In this document: piece by piece, positions 12,968-25,660 of the stretch | Layout of the letters: each line of letters starts with the position of its first letter | Numbering within the stretch: position 1 is the first letter of the stretch | NCBI GenBank assembly: GCA_013239625.1 | Contig: MU056050.1 | Coordinates: 5,527,366 to 5,591,365, forward strand | DNA: 64,000 nt | Reading direction: 5' to 3' | Source: Lama guanicoe | Lineage: Eukaryota | Made by a program: the position numbers and the translations under genes | Notes under the pieces: generated by a model | The model's input: the letters and a program-made list of their open reading frames with translations, nothing else | Database searches by the model: none | Told to the model about the DNA's origin: nothing

Positions 12968-13547
12968 TATCATATGATATGTCTTTGCTGACTTACTTCA
13001 CTTAATATGATAATCTCTAGGTCCATCCATGTTGGTGCAAATAGCATTATCTTATTCTCTTTTTATGGCTGACTAGTATTCCATTGTATATACACCTCAT
13101 CTTCTTTCTTCATTCATCTGCCGATGGACATTTAGGTTGTTTCTAGCATTATTAAATGAAGTAAGTCAGACAGAAAAAGACAAATATCATATAATATCAC
13201 TTAAATGTAGAATCTTAAAGAGAGATACAAATTTTATTTACAAACCAGAAATAGACTCACGGACATAGAAAACAAACTGTGATTACCAGAGGGGGAGGGG
13301 GTGGGGGAGGGACAGATTAAGAGTTTTGAATTAACAAATGCAGACTACTATATATAAAATAGATAAACAATAAGGACCTACTGTACAGCACAGGGAAGCA
13401 TATTCAGTTTCTTGAAATAACTTATAATGGAAAAGAATCTGAAAAAAAGTATACGTATATATATGTATAATTGAATTGCTTTGCTCTACACCTGAAACTA
13501 ACATTGTAAATCGAATACATTTCAATAAAAAATAAGAATTAAAAGAA
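12968..13547 (+). mobile_element. 5'-inverted (twin-primed) short L1 insertion
   Basis: 12968-13143 is antisense L1 and 13146-13547 is sense L1 3'UTR with AATAAA and an A tail; TSD aaagattggcca(g)tggg at 12951-12967 and 13548-13563. Confidence 0.9.
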
Positions 13548-13599
13548 AAAGATTGGCCATGGGAAGTAATATTAGGTAGGCTGGTGAGAGAAGATATAC

Positions 13600-14180
13600 T
13601 TTGCATTCAACAAATATTAACTGAGCATAGACAATGTGCCAAATAGTATTCTAAAGCTCAGGGATCCATGGTGAAAAACTAGACAAAGTTCTTAAGCCCC
13701 TGGAGCTTAGATTATGATACAAGAGACCATTATTAAGTTATCCCCGCTAAAACATACAATTATAAATATTCTCAGTTTAGGTTGTAAGTGCTAGAAAGGA
13801 GAAATAAAGAAGTAGAATGAATGATGATAACAAAAGGAGTTGATTAGATGGAGAGGAGGAAGTGGACAAGTAAAGCTGCTCTGAACAAGTTCCACTGAAG
13901 ATAGCATCCTAAAGAATTAATGACACTTACCCAGATCAGGAGGAGACCATTCCACAAGAAGGGGAAAGCATATGTGAAGTCACTAAGGTGGGATCGAGCT
14001 TGATGCTTTCAAGGAACTTAAAGAAAGCCATTACGAGTAAGTCATAGAAATTAAGGAAAGAATTAACAGTGGTGCCAAAAGATCACGAGGCTGCAGTGTA
14101 GACAAACAATTGGAAAGAGGAAGTTTAGAATTAGGAAGACCCAGTTAGGAAAGCATTCCTGTAATCCAGCCTGGAATTTC
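13600..14180 (-). mobile_element. L2 LINE 3' fragment
   Basis: cattcaacaaatattaactgagcatagacaatgtgcc is the antisense L2 terminus, followed by purine-rich L2 body. Confidence 0.7.
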
Positions 14181-14494
14181 TCTGGCTCTCATTTAAAATC
14201 AAGTGTAGGTTGCGCCTTGGTCGCTCCACACTGCAGCGCTTAGAAGAGGTTCAAAATAGGGGAACTCTAGTACTTCTGAGCGTGGAAGAGAAAAACCAAG
14301 GTTAAATGTCAGAGAATATTTTATTAACTATTATATTCCCGTGCTTGGAACACAGCAGATACTCAGTGATTGTTTGGAGAAGTGAGTGAAACCGAACAAG
14401 CCTAGAAAATGTGAATGAACAATTATTCGCCAGACTGAAATATAAGGCTGAAGGAGATTCCTCATCCTACACTGAATCATAAAAAAGTTGCTCT

Positions 14495-14712
14495 ACCTGT
14501 TTCTCAACCTTTCTGGTGCGTAAGAATCACCTGGGGAATATTGTTAAAAATACAGATTCCCGTTCAAGAGTTTGGGGAAGAGGATCTTCAGTTCTGTAGT
14601 TCTTACAAGCTCCCAAGTGATGCCCACTTGTTCATCCTCTGAGCACACAGTGAGCAGCATTTAACAAGGGCCCACGTGATTCATATTCCTGTTAAAGTTT
14701 GAGAATTACTGG
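14495..14712. mobile_element. MER5-type hAT-Charlie MITE
   Basis: tttctcaacc...agaatcacctgggga...gttaaaaatacagattccc...aagtttgagaattactg. Confidence 0.7.
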
Positions 14713-15949
14713 TCTCAATGACCTCTAATTAGGCTCCTTTTCAACCCTTGGATTTGATCATTCTAGTAAGTATTTTTACAGCAAATGAATAAAAACTAAT
14801 GAAATTATTTTTTTGCCAAAGTAAAGAGCTAAAAACAAAAGCTAGTACAAGATGAATTTAGGAAAACTCAAAGAATGTCAGATTCACACATAAGGGCTGT
14901 TATGAGAAGCTGGAGAGACTCTACCTAACCTCACTGGGGAAGAAATAAAACACGCAGCATAGCTCCAAGGGTGAACTGTTTTGTCTCCTGTTCACCTACG
15001 ACGACTCCTTTAAATGCATGACACCTGTCAGGTGCTGAGCCAGACTTCCCTGTGCCCCAATTCTGCTGCAGTGACCCAGGGAGGCAGCCAGATGGGGACA
15101 ACTGTGACTCATCTGCATAAAATCAGCCTCCAGTGTCTAAGAAGAAGGCAGACATCTATCTTCCACCTCTGGGATCAAGCAAAGCCATCCATTTTCTGTT
15201 CTACAGAATGGTGTGCTCTAAAGGGTCTTGTCCTTTGGTTACTTTATTTCCCTTGAATACTGCCTTGATGTTAACCTAAAATTGGTTTCACCATCAATAA
15301 AGCTGACCTGAAAATATAGTTCTTCCTAGTTTCAAATAGCATTTTTATGTGTTCCTTTGTGTCTAGTAAGAGCAGGGGACAGAGAGAGAGTAGAAGTACT
15401 TTTCAGAATATATAGTGTGGTCCAAAGTAGTCTGTAGCTATAACCCCTCCCCCTCCCGGATCTGTTATCACTGTTAACTGTTACTCAGTTATATCCACCG
15501 TTTCCCTTCCAGGGAGAGTTCACAGCCCAGCACATGAGTAAGGTCTTCCTGCCTTGCATATTGTCAAGCTCCTAACATAATCAACTTTTCAATGACCATT
15601 TCCTAACAGGAGACACCCAGAACAGTAATCTGCCAACTTTGCAGTACATTAGAATCATAGGAAATATTTTTAAACATCCCAATAACCAGGTCACACTCAG
15701 AACACCAGAATTTCTGGGAGCAGTACCACCCAGACAACAGTATAATGTAAAGATCTGCAAGTGATCCCAGCGTGTGGGCAGACGCGTTGGAGAGGCATTG
15801 GTGAGTGTCTTATTCCTTTCTTAAGAAATGCCTATACCTTCTAACTGTGGCTATTTGGAAACAAAGCTTTCAGATGAATTTTTTAAAAATTATATCTGTG
15901 GTCACTGTAATGGGGAAGAATCAGGGGAAAAGAGATAGCCTTAGTAGAA

Positions 15950-16123
15950 CTCTGGTTCTCAGCTGGGGGTAATCTTGTGTTCCAGGGACATGTGCCAGTA
16001 TCTGGAGATGTTTTTATTACAGCTGGGGAGGTGAGTGGCACTACTGGCATCTAATGGATTGAGTTCAGGATACTGCTAAATATTGACCCAAAATGTCAAT
16101 ACTGTCAAAGTTGAGAAATCCTG
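15950..16123 (+). mobile_element. MER20 hAT-Charlie MITE (internally deleted)
   Basis: ggttctcagctggggg...ctggagatgttttt...ctactggcatctaatgg...cccaaaatgtcaata...gttgagaaatcctg. Confidence 0.75.
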
Positions 16124-16315
16124 CCTTAGACAGGCACAGGCTAGTGGTGCCCCAAGAATCCCACCTCTTGGACATGTGCCAACATGATGTAAAATTAGTG
16201 TGTGCCATGACCAGAATGGCCAAAAGCCATCCAAATGGACTACATTGGCTTGACTTTAGAGGTATTTCTAATGTTCATTATATTTTTATCACAACCCATC
16301 TCGTTTATGTATGCC

Positions 16316-16337
16316 TATGTGTGTATGCATGTGTGTA

Positions 16338-16400
<63 letters not shown>

Positions 16401-16499
16401 TCTGAGAGATATAGCTAAAACANNNNNNNNNNNNNNNNNNNNNNNNNNNNNNNNNNNNNNNNNNNNNNNNNNNNNNNNNNNNNNNNNNNNNNNNNNNNN

Positions 16500-16535
<36 letters not shown>
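16316..16535. repeat. (TG)n(GA)n microsatellite spanning an assembly gap
   Basis: Directly visible; 77 Ns at 16423-16499. Confidence 0.95.
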
Positions 16536-16540
<5 letters not shown>

Positions 16541-17329
16541 TTCTCAGTGATTTAGCTAAAACAGTGTAACAGTGGTATTTAGAATGGGCAGGAGAAACTG
16601 CCACTGATTTGAGATCTCATTTCTATTAACAAAATAGAATTTGTGGAAAGATGAGTGAGGTACCTCTCTCTTAATTCTCTCTCGTTTCTTTGTTGAAATG
16701 TTAGTGGCAGATTATATAACTCCCACGAGGCTACAAATAAGCTACACTCAAAAAGTGATGGATATGAGCACGTGAGCTGTCATGTAATAAAGATAAAGAT
16801 TTCTTTCTCTGAAAATATATAGCTTCATGGAGAGACATAGTCTGCCTGAACTCGTGCAATTATTATGAGCATTCTGTAAGTGATAAAAAAAAAAAACCCA
16901 GGCCTGTAATCAGCTTTATAAATGAGTGCCTGGCAGTTCCTAATAACTAATGCACAGTGCATGCAAGGAAACTCTCTTGAGGCATGGTTCCTGGAATCAG
17001 ATATTCAGTATTAATTACCAGGGAAATTTTCTTAAGCGGGAAATGGAAAATTACAGACTCAAAGATCTAAATATATTATCACTGTATATACATGGCTCGC
17101 TTAGATGGAGACATGGTCACCACAATATTGTGTAGCCACTGGCCACAAGCAAAAGCCCTCCCTCAACACCTCAACGCCTGTATGCGGTAGGTGAAGACGG
17201 AGTGGCCGTGGACAAAAATGACAAAACTGGGGAGCACAGAAAGAGGCAAAGGGAAGTGCCAAACTCTCAATTTACGTCTCACAGTTTTCCCAAGAGCTGG
17301 CCCTAGATATAGCTTATAGTTTACAGTTA

Positions 17330-17570
17330 ACACTTATTATTTCTCTATGCTATTAACTGTGTGAATGTTAATGTAGCATGTTACATGCACTATCTCACAA
17401 TGACTCTGTGAGAAAGGTATTATTATACCCATTTTACCAATAAAGAAAACAGAAATTTGGTTATGCCGAAGGACTAGCCCAAGATTTTATTGTCATAGGG
17501 TGATCAAATTGTTCCTTTAACCTAAGTCTGACTCCAAAATCCATGTGCTTAAGAACTGTGCTATACTGTA
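17330..17570 (-). mobile_element. MIR SINE
   Basis: ctctgtgagaaaggtattattatacccattttaccaataaagaaaacaga...tctgactccaaaatccatgtgcttaa. Confidence 0.7.
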
Positions 17571-18631
17571 CAATAAAAAATTAAGCAATGCTTGGGAATC
17601 ACAGAATTCTAGAACTGGAAAGAAACTTAGAGATAAAATACTTTAGTCTCCCTTTATTAACAGAAAGACACCAGTGTCCAGAGGGGTAGGGTGATTTGAC
17701 TAAGGACACACAACTCTAATTACTCCTTCTACTGTTCCAGCCTCTAGTTAAGTGTATGTTCCTTAGAATGATCTAGTATCTGGCCCCCGTATAGATAATC
17801 TGGCAACCGGAACTAGGTACTAAGAGAGATAGAGGGAACAAAGATTGTATTATTTCCAGTGTCAAGGAGCTTCCAGTAGAATTTCAACTAAGAAACCTTT
17901 CCTTGTGTTTTGGTCATTTTATAATACTGCTAAATAAGGCAAGTCCGTGTAACTAACATAAACTGTGTTTATAAACACAGAAAGAAAATGGAGGAATACT
18001 GTGATCAGAGCCAAGAGATAAGGAGGCACGTTGCCTAGAAGAGGTGGATGTATCTCCTTCACTTGAAGCCTCTAGGTGATAACAGGAAAGAATGTGCCAC
18101 ATCCAAAGTCACCTCCAGATATGTGAGGTTAGGCGTGAGGATGTTAGTGAGATATGGAGGGTCACACTTATTCATTAACAGGCTATACATCCCAGGACAA
18201 ATCATTTTACCTCCATGTCTTGGTCCCTTTGTAGTGCATGTCAAGTTTATCATACTTAATGGACCTTACAAGGTCGCTGCCAGGATCGCAAGTAAATGTT
18301 TGCTATGAACTTGGAACAGCAAGAGCCAATGTTGAATTCTACATACAAAAACACTAATTACATGGAGGTGATTGCTTTTTGAAAAGTTTTTATTAATCCT
18401 GTTCTTAAATTCTAAATATTACTACAGTGCATTAATGTTATACTTTTTTCAACTGCAAAGTATAAAATTTATTTATTGATTTTCTAGGACAAAAAGTTTA
18501 CATAGTTCTCACTAAAAATAGACTTTATGTTGGATAAGGCTTTGGGTTAACCACACAATTTTGATGATCTTATAACTCCAGATTTTATGAGTGAATTTTT
18601 ACATATTATCCTGCCTTACCCATGCAAACTA

Positions 18632-18833
18632 CAGTTGTTCCTCAATATCCTCAGGTTCCAGGACCTGTACAGATACCAAAATTCCTGGATCTTTAAGTCC
18701 CAAAGTCAGCCTTCTGTATTCAGATTCTGTATATGTGAATTTAACCAACCACAGATCATAAACAATATGTTTTTTTAAAATCTTCTTATAAATGGACCCA
18801 CACATTTCAAACCCTTGTTATAAAGGTCAGCTG
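18632..18833 (+). mobile_element. Tigger-derived MITE (MER8/MER2-like)
   Basis: Termini TA|cagttg...ggtcagctg|TG; internal ggttccaggacc...gataccaaaattc and ataaatggacccacacatttcaaacccttgtt. Confidence 0.75.
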
Positions 18834-19809
18834 TGTGTGTGTGTGTGTGTATCGTGGAATCAGAAAGAAATCAAAGATTTGAAAATCACTTTGTTAGGAA
18901 AACAGATATTTGACTATAGGTCAAAGACTGTGCATTTTAAATAGAACCATTTTGTGCCTTTCCCTCAAGTTGTACGGACATTAATTTTTAACCTTCAAAC
19001 AAGAAAGGAATTCAGAAAAAAATGCTTGTTTCCCAGGGTTGTGGGGTCTGTCTTCCAGTGGTCTTCTATGTGGAAGCCATTCCTCATTTTCTCAAACCTT
19101 AGGGAAAGAACATTCAACCCCTTAATAGACTTTTACCAGGTTGAGACCAGAGAACAGTGACAATTAGGATGAGAAGGTCTAGGGAGAACCATGATTATAT
19201 TGTCAGAAAAGACCCCAGAGAGGAAATGGTCAAGGTGAACGTACCACTAAGTTGGGAGTGTGCCATTATGGTCAGTGGTATTAGAAAAAAAAAAAAAGGT
19301 TAATTACTCCAATCCGTAATCCAGAGTAGGGATTCCTGGGAGTCAAGGAGACCTAAAATTATAATTAGAGTCAGGAAATAAAAAGAAAAGACAGCTTTTA
19401 TGCACAGATAAAAGGAACAGTATGAGAAGGAGGCACAGTGTAGTGTAGACAAGTAGTTCCATCATACCGTGCGGAAACCAAGCCTGTGAATGTGAAGACG
19501 GAACCAAGGCGAAATCGTAACAGAAAGAGGACTCACAGTCTCTCTGGCTTTTTACAAAAGGCATGTCTCCACTGAGCAATACAAGACCACACAATAGCTG
19601 CACTTAAAGCAGAATCCTTGGTACATTTCAAACTGGATTAAAGTGGGCACAAAGGGAGGTTGAGAGGCCCCCTACAGTGAACATACTTCTTGAGCCATTA
19701 TTTTTCAGATGCTAGACTCAGAAGACAACATCTTTAAGATCATAAGAGACACATCCTGTTTCTTAGAGACTTAACTTTAAAAGAAGCCCCACAGAGCAAA
19801 GAAGGTTTC

Positions 19810-20825
19810 TTTAATAAAAGGTGCTGATGCCACTGGTTGACTGTTTGTTGCAAAATATGAACTTAGTTCTCTCCACCTCAAGCCTCACAACAAAACTGTT
19901 TTCAGATGGATTAAAGAGTGAATCATAAATATTAAACCATAAGAGGACTAGAAGAAAACATGAGTAAATAATTAGCTGCTTTTTCAGTGGTGAAAATCTT
20001 GCTAAGCATCAAGGCAAAGGCAGAAATAAAAAGGAAAAATTGTTATATTTAAATACAAAAAATTTTCAACAAGCTGGGAGGCGTTTCCACTGTAGATTAC
20101 AAAGGGCTAATTCTTCTTAATATACGCAGAACTTTAAGAATAATTAAGAAAGTGATAAATACCTAATAATGAACTAAATCAGGGGTTGGCAAACTATGAC
20201 CCATAAGCCAAATCTGGCCCACTGCCTGTTCCTCTGAGTAATGTTTCCTGGAACCCAGCCATGCCTATTCAGTTTTACATTATGTGATGGCTACTTCTGC
20301 ACCACAATGGCAGAGTTCACTACTTGAGATCCAGACACCATATGGCCACAAAGCCTAAAATGTTAACTATTTGGCCCTTTACAACAAAAGCTTGCCAATT
20401 CCCGAACTAAAGAGATAAACAGAATTCACAGGATGAGAAAGACAAGTGACCACTCTTTTTCTAAATGTAATTTTTGATCCACTCGTCATCAAAAAATGCA
20501 AATCATAAAAACAGACACCAGGCACTATTGGTAAGGTTCTGGAAAATGTGTGTTCTCAGGCACCATTGAGCGGAATATACATATGTAAGCTCTTTCTGGG
20601 AGATACTGCAACAGTATGGAACAAAGGCTTTTTGCAAATGATCATAACCCTTGGACACAGTAATCCTAGAGCTAGCATTTTGTCCTGAGGAAATAAGAGA
20701 TGCACACATATCCATGCATAAGGATATTCCTGTCAAAATTAATACTAGTGCAAACCTGAAAATGATATTTTAGAAGAATATTTTAATGACACAGGATAAT
20801 ATTCACAATATGATTTTAAATGGAA
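19810..20825 (+). mobile_element. Old L1ME-like 3' fragment, interrupted by MER58
   Basis: ttaataaaaggtgctg...cagatggattaaagag...ctagaagaaaacatg...atcctagagctagcattttgtcctgaggaaataa. Confidence 0.7.
20180..20404 (+). mobile_element. MER58A hAT-Charlie MITE
   Basis: Termini caggggttggcaaact...gcttgccaattcccg; 8-bp TSD aactaaat/aactaaag. Confidence 0.85.
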
Positions 20826-21960
20826 GGGAAAAAAAAGTCCAGAAATAGGGAATCCAGCTTAATCTCACACCTTGTGTTCTGCTGCAGATCACACATATCT
20901 GGTCTCATAAGACAGCTAGTGGGGTGAACTGACCAGAAGTACATTACACGGGAGAATGAAGAACCTCCTTAAACAGAACTCACCTTAAGGGAAGAAGTTA
21001 CATGGAACACATCTGGCCAAAAATGACAACACGGCCTAAAAAAAGACCTCTGTCACAACAAGACCTCTGTGAGTCTCCGTTCTCCACCATAAAATGGTAC
21101 CAGGAAAGCCTTCTTTGCCCCATTCACCAGTTTATCAATCTCAGTTAAGATGCTTTATATTGAAATACTTTGAAAACCACCAAGTGAATTATCCAAATAG
21201 GTCGGTCTTATTAGTTGAGGTGATCAGAGGCAATTCCCCAGGAATTGCCTAGTGTTTTCTTCAACAGCAGCAAATACTACTGCAATTAATTTGACCGAGA
21301 TGAAGATTTTTGATACTGTTTCAGGTGGAACAGAGTTTCCTCACAAGGGGCTTAGTTTTTAATTTCCACTAAGGTTGAAAGGCAAGCGCCTAAGAACAGC
21401 AAGGCTTCTGATGTAGCCCAGTTAATGCTGCAGTGTTTTATTACCTCCATTTGTTATAATACTGCTTTTATTAATATAGTCATCTCCATGACTCATGCTA
21501 CCGTACCAGCCACATGCGCCTGCGTTTAAAATTAACTTCTACAAGCCTTTCGTTTTCACAGGAGTCTTACATCTTTTTTTTTTCCTATGCTTAATTGGAC
21601 GACACACATCCCACTGCCACCACCCCCTCCTGCTTACCTCAGTGCAGAAAGCAAACATCCTGATTCTTTGCCTTAACTATCAGGATAGTTGGGGAAGCAG
21701 TAATGAAAATAACTTAGCACTCGCTGTTAAGCTATTTTTATGTATCCAGAATGTACCTGTTAACAGTTGTCTAGCTTCAGAATGATGGAAAAAACATAAA
21801 AGTGATTCTTTTACTCTTTTCTTCTATGTCACCACCATTTTTTCTCTGAGCCATGCTCCAAATATGGGGAATATATTCAACTCTAAAATTCCCTATATCC
21901 TCATCAAGTAGTATGATTTTTACCCCTTGTCTCTCATGTTCCACTGCTATCATTTTAGTC

Positions 21961-22148
21961 CACTGGTTCTCAAATTTCAGCATGCATCAGAATCCCCTGA
22001 AGGGATTGTTAAAGCACAGATAACAAGGCCCTACCCCTAGAGTTTCTGATTTAGTAGCTCTGGGAGGAGGCCCAATCATTTATATGATTAAAGAATCCCA
22101 GATAGCACTGATGCTGTAGTCTGAGGACCACAATTTGGGAACATTATC
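21961..22148. mobile_element. MER5A hAT-Charlie MITE
   Basis: ggttctcaaatttcagcatgcatcagaatcccctgaagggattgttaaagcacagat...cccctagagtttctgatttagtag...gaggaccacaatttgggaac. Confidence 0.85.
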
Positions 22149-22234
22149 CTAATCTACTCCTTCTAAATGACTTTAATACCTTCTAACATTTATTCCTCCT
22201 TCAATCTGCTGGGCATGCCTACTCTGCACAGAAG

Positions 22235-22480
22235 AGGATGGTGGTCACAAAACATGCTCTGGAGTCAGAATGAACTGAGTTTGAATCTTTATTTACTATG
22301 TGACCGTGCAAAAATTAATGTCTTTGAACCTCAATCCCCTTATCTGAAAAAATGTTGGCTGATGATAGTACGTATGTAATAATATTACTCTGAAGATTAA
22401 GTGAGATAATTAATACAAAGCACTCAGTACAATTCTTACTACATTGTAAGAGATTAGTAAATCAAAGGTATGATCATTGT
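22235..22480 (+). mobile_element. MIR SINE
   Basis: gctctggagtcaga...tttactatgtgacc...aagattaagtgagataat...aaagcactcagtaca. Confidence 0.75.
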
Positions 22481-23103
22481 TTACCAAAGGACAGGTCTTA
22501 AAACATCTCTATACCAATAATAGCTCTACGGTAGTCAGCAACTGAAAATGGTTTTGACCAAGTAAGGCTACTGAAAATCCTAATGAAATAATAGAAGACA
22601 TGCACAAAGACTTTGTGTAAAGGTGTGTACTGTTGAGGTAGGTATAAGAGTACAAACTGGAAAGGCATGACCAATGCCATTCAAGTTCTCAAATAAATTA
22701 TAGAGCATTAGTAACAAAGAAATGCTATGCAACCATTAACAAAGAGAAGGAGAGTAGCAGAGTCTAGGCATGCAAGCAAGGCTGGGAAGCATGGCTGCAT
22801 GGACTCAAATACCAGCTGCCCTACTGAAACGTTCTGTGACCCTGGATAAGATAAAGCAAACTCAAGTGCACCTGCTCCTAGTCTCATCTTAACTTCACAC
22901 TCCTCTGGAGTATTTGGTATTTTATTTCTGAGATTAAACCATTGCCTTGTATCCCATTGCTGATAACAGGGTCTTTGTTGTATTCCTTGGCCCAAAAGCC
23001 CCTTCCTTGACCCTTCCCTCGAGTAATTCATGACTTAGGGCACCTTGTTTTCCTCTTGGAAATCCTTTCCTTACCCCAAAGTAGAGTCTCTTTTTTTCAG
23101 CTC

Positions 23104-23692
23104 TGGATTAGTTATCTATTGTTGTCTAGCAAACTACCGCAAATTTAGCGGCATAAAACAGCACATGTTGCTATCTTATACTTTCCATGGGTCAGGAGGC
23201 CAGGCAAGCTTATCTAATTCCTCAGTTGAGGGTCTTACAAGGCTATAATCAAGAATTTGATGAGCCTGCATTCTTGTCTGTAGTCTCAATTAGGTTGTTG
23301 GTACAATTAGATTCCATTTCTCTGTAGGATGGACGGCCCTGGCTTTTTCTGGCTGGAAAATTTTCTGGTTGGATTTTTCTCAACTGGAGGTTTCCCGCAG
23401 GTTCAGGAAAACTCTGTTTTTGGAGACCACCCACAATTTCTTGTCATATGGAATTGCTTTAACGTGGCTACTTACTTCATAAAGTTGGCAAGGAGAATCT
23501 CACTCCAGTTAGCTAAGAGAGTCGTACATAATGTTATATAATCAAGGAGTGACCACACATCCCTTCTGCCATATTCTGTTGGTTAGAGGAAAGTCACAGG
23601 TCTCGCCCACACTTAAGGAGTGGCATCTACTCAAAAGTGTGAACACCAGGGGTAGGATATCATTGGGGTCAACTTAGGGTCTATTTGCCACA
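23104..23692 (-). mobile_element. MLT1 (E/F-like) solo LTR
   Basis: attagttatctattgttg...aaactaccgcaaatttagcggcataaaaca...gttagaggaaagtcacagg...gtgtgaacaccagg...tgccaca. Confidence 0.8.
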
Positions 23693-23829
23693 AGTACACA
23701 CCAAGAAGCTGACAGCCCGATGCCTGCTCACAGATTAGCTTAATGTAGACTATTTGCCCAGTTGAATATTACATGGCCCTTAATTTCCTGTATTCCACCC
23801 GACTATCCATTGGGATGCCCCATTTCCCC

Positions 23830-25110
23830 CCCATTTATTTTGAAAAAGTTCAAACTTATGCAAAATTTGAAGGAATATTACAGTGAACACCTGTGTAATA
23901 CCCTTCATCCAGGTTCTCCAATGGTTACCACTTTACTACATTCTCTCTCTTTCTTTCCCTCTCTCACATACGTATGTCATTAAAAAGTATACATGCATAC
24001 ACTTTTTGATGAGCCGTTTGAAAGTATATTGCAGGAATCATGACCCATTACCCCTAATTAAGCATTCATCTCCTAAGAACAAGGACATCCTCTTACATAG
24101 CTATATTATAATCCCACTTAACAAATTTAACATTCATAAATTATCTAATATACTGTCTATATTCAAATATTTCAATTATTCCAATAACATCCTTCATAGT
24201 GCTTTCCCTTCAGGATTCAATTTATGATCACATGTTTTTAGTTATCATGCTTCTTTACTTTCCATTAATCTAGAATATTCTTCCAAATTTGTGCACACGC
24301 ACACACGTGTGTGTGTGTATCCTTGATGTCAATGACAATTAGGAGGATTATGGGCCAGCTGATTTGTAGAATGTCCCACACTATATGTTTCTCTCTGTCT
24401 CATCACAAGTGGATTCAGGTTAAACATTTTGGCAAGAATATCACACAGGTGCTATTGTACTTCTCAGTGCATCTTATTTGGAACTACCTAACATTACTTT
24501 CTTCCATACCGATGTTGACAGTGTTCACTGAGTTAGGAAATGGTTTCTCTCATTTTCTCCAATGTAAAAGCATCTTTTTTTCTTTTTTTTTTTTATTGAG
24601 AATAATCTTTGAGACAATGTAATATCCTGCTCCTTAAAAACTTTTCACCTTAGGGTTTTAGTATCATTGATGATCCTCACCAAACTAGTTATTAAATTGC
24701 CGATTAAAAAATGGAAACTTTTGAATCTTATCTTCCTTCTGTGTTTATGAGTTGGTATTCTTCCATAAAAAAATATATTTCTCTTCTCTCCACACTACCT
24801 TTTTTTGTGTGAATGTGAATGTTCTTATGAAGTCATGGATTTTTTAATTTATTATAAATCATTACTATCACTTTTTATGATCAAGTTTTCCCAAACTTGG
24901 GCATTGAGAGCCTCGTTATGCTGGCATCTACATTCTTTTTCTTAGCCTCTCAATTTTTGAGAACTTTCTTACTTTCAGTCACTAGATGTTGGTCCCAAGC
25001 TCGCTTTGTACTTTGCCTTGAATTAGATATTTCTTCAAGGATCACCGAATCTGTGGCAACTGATACTTAGAAATGAGTATCTGACTGCTATAGGTGCTCA
25101 TTACTACTTA
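23830..25110 (-). mobile_element. L1MC/L1ME-type 3'UTR fragment
   Basis: tttattttgaaaaagttcaaacttatgcaaaatttgaagg...tctcctaagaacaaggacatcctcttacata...ggttaaacattttggcaagaata. Confidence 0.75.
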
Positions 25111-25239
25111 AGGGGATACCCCATCATTACGTACAAGATTTCCCTGCCACCAACTCTGCTTCTGTGTTCATATCTATGCCTGCTCACTAGGCCTCCATGG
25201 ATATACATGGCTCCATCTTCCTTCTTACATTCTTGTTTA

Positions 25240-25660
25240 GTACTGGCCAGCCACACCCGTTTCTCTTATTCCTTAATTATGACTATATATTTCCCATATC
25301 AGAGAAACATGCTGGTTCCTCTAACTGTAGTCCCATTTCCTAGCAGGGCTGGCTTATTCTTATCATCCATGCCTTAGATGGAACATCACCTTGTCAGAGA
25401 AGCCTTGACCATCCAATATAAATTAGGGCTTCCCAATCAGTCTATCTCATCAGCCTATTTATTTTCATCACAGTCCTTTTCACAATATATAATAATAATT
25501 CTTCTTTAATGTTTTAACTGTGTGATTTTCCGCACTACTATGTACGGTCCTTGAGAACAGAGTCTTCATTTGCCTTGTTCTCTGTTCTATCCCCAGCAAA
25601 TAACAGTGTTTCAAAAATAAAAGGTGTTGAGTAAAACATACTAAAGAAATATATGAAAAA
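25240..25660 (+). mobile_element. L2 LINE 3' fragment
   Basis: tcaccttgtcagagaagccttgacc...ccttgagaacagagtc...ttgttctctgttctatccccagca. Confidence 0.65.

Noticed and set aside
16093..16604. 158-aa and 99-aa ORFs
   Set aside because: They are open only because they run through a microsatellite and an N-gap.
21228..21250. Perfect 10-bp inverted repeat aggcaattcc-cca-ggaattgcct
   Set aside because: One such stem is plausible by chance in 64 kb, and there is no supporting context.
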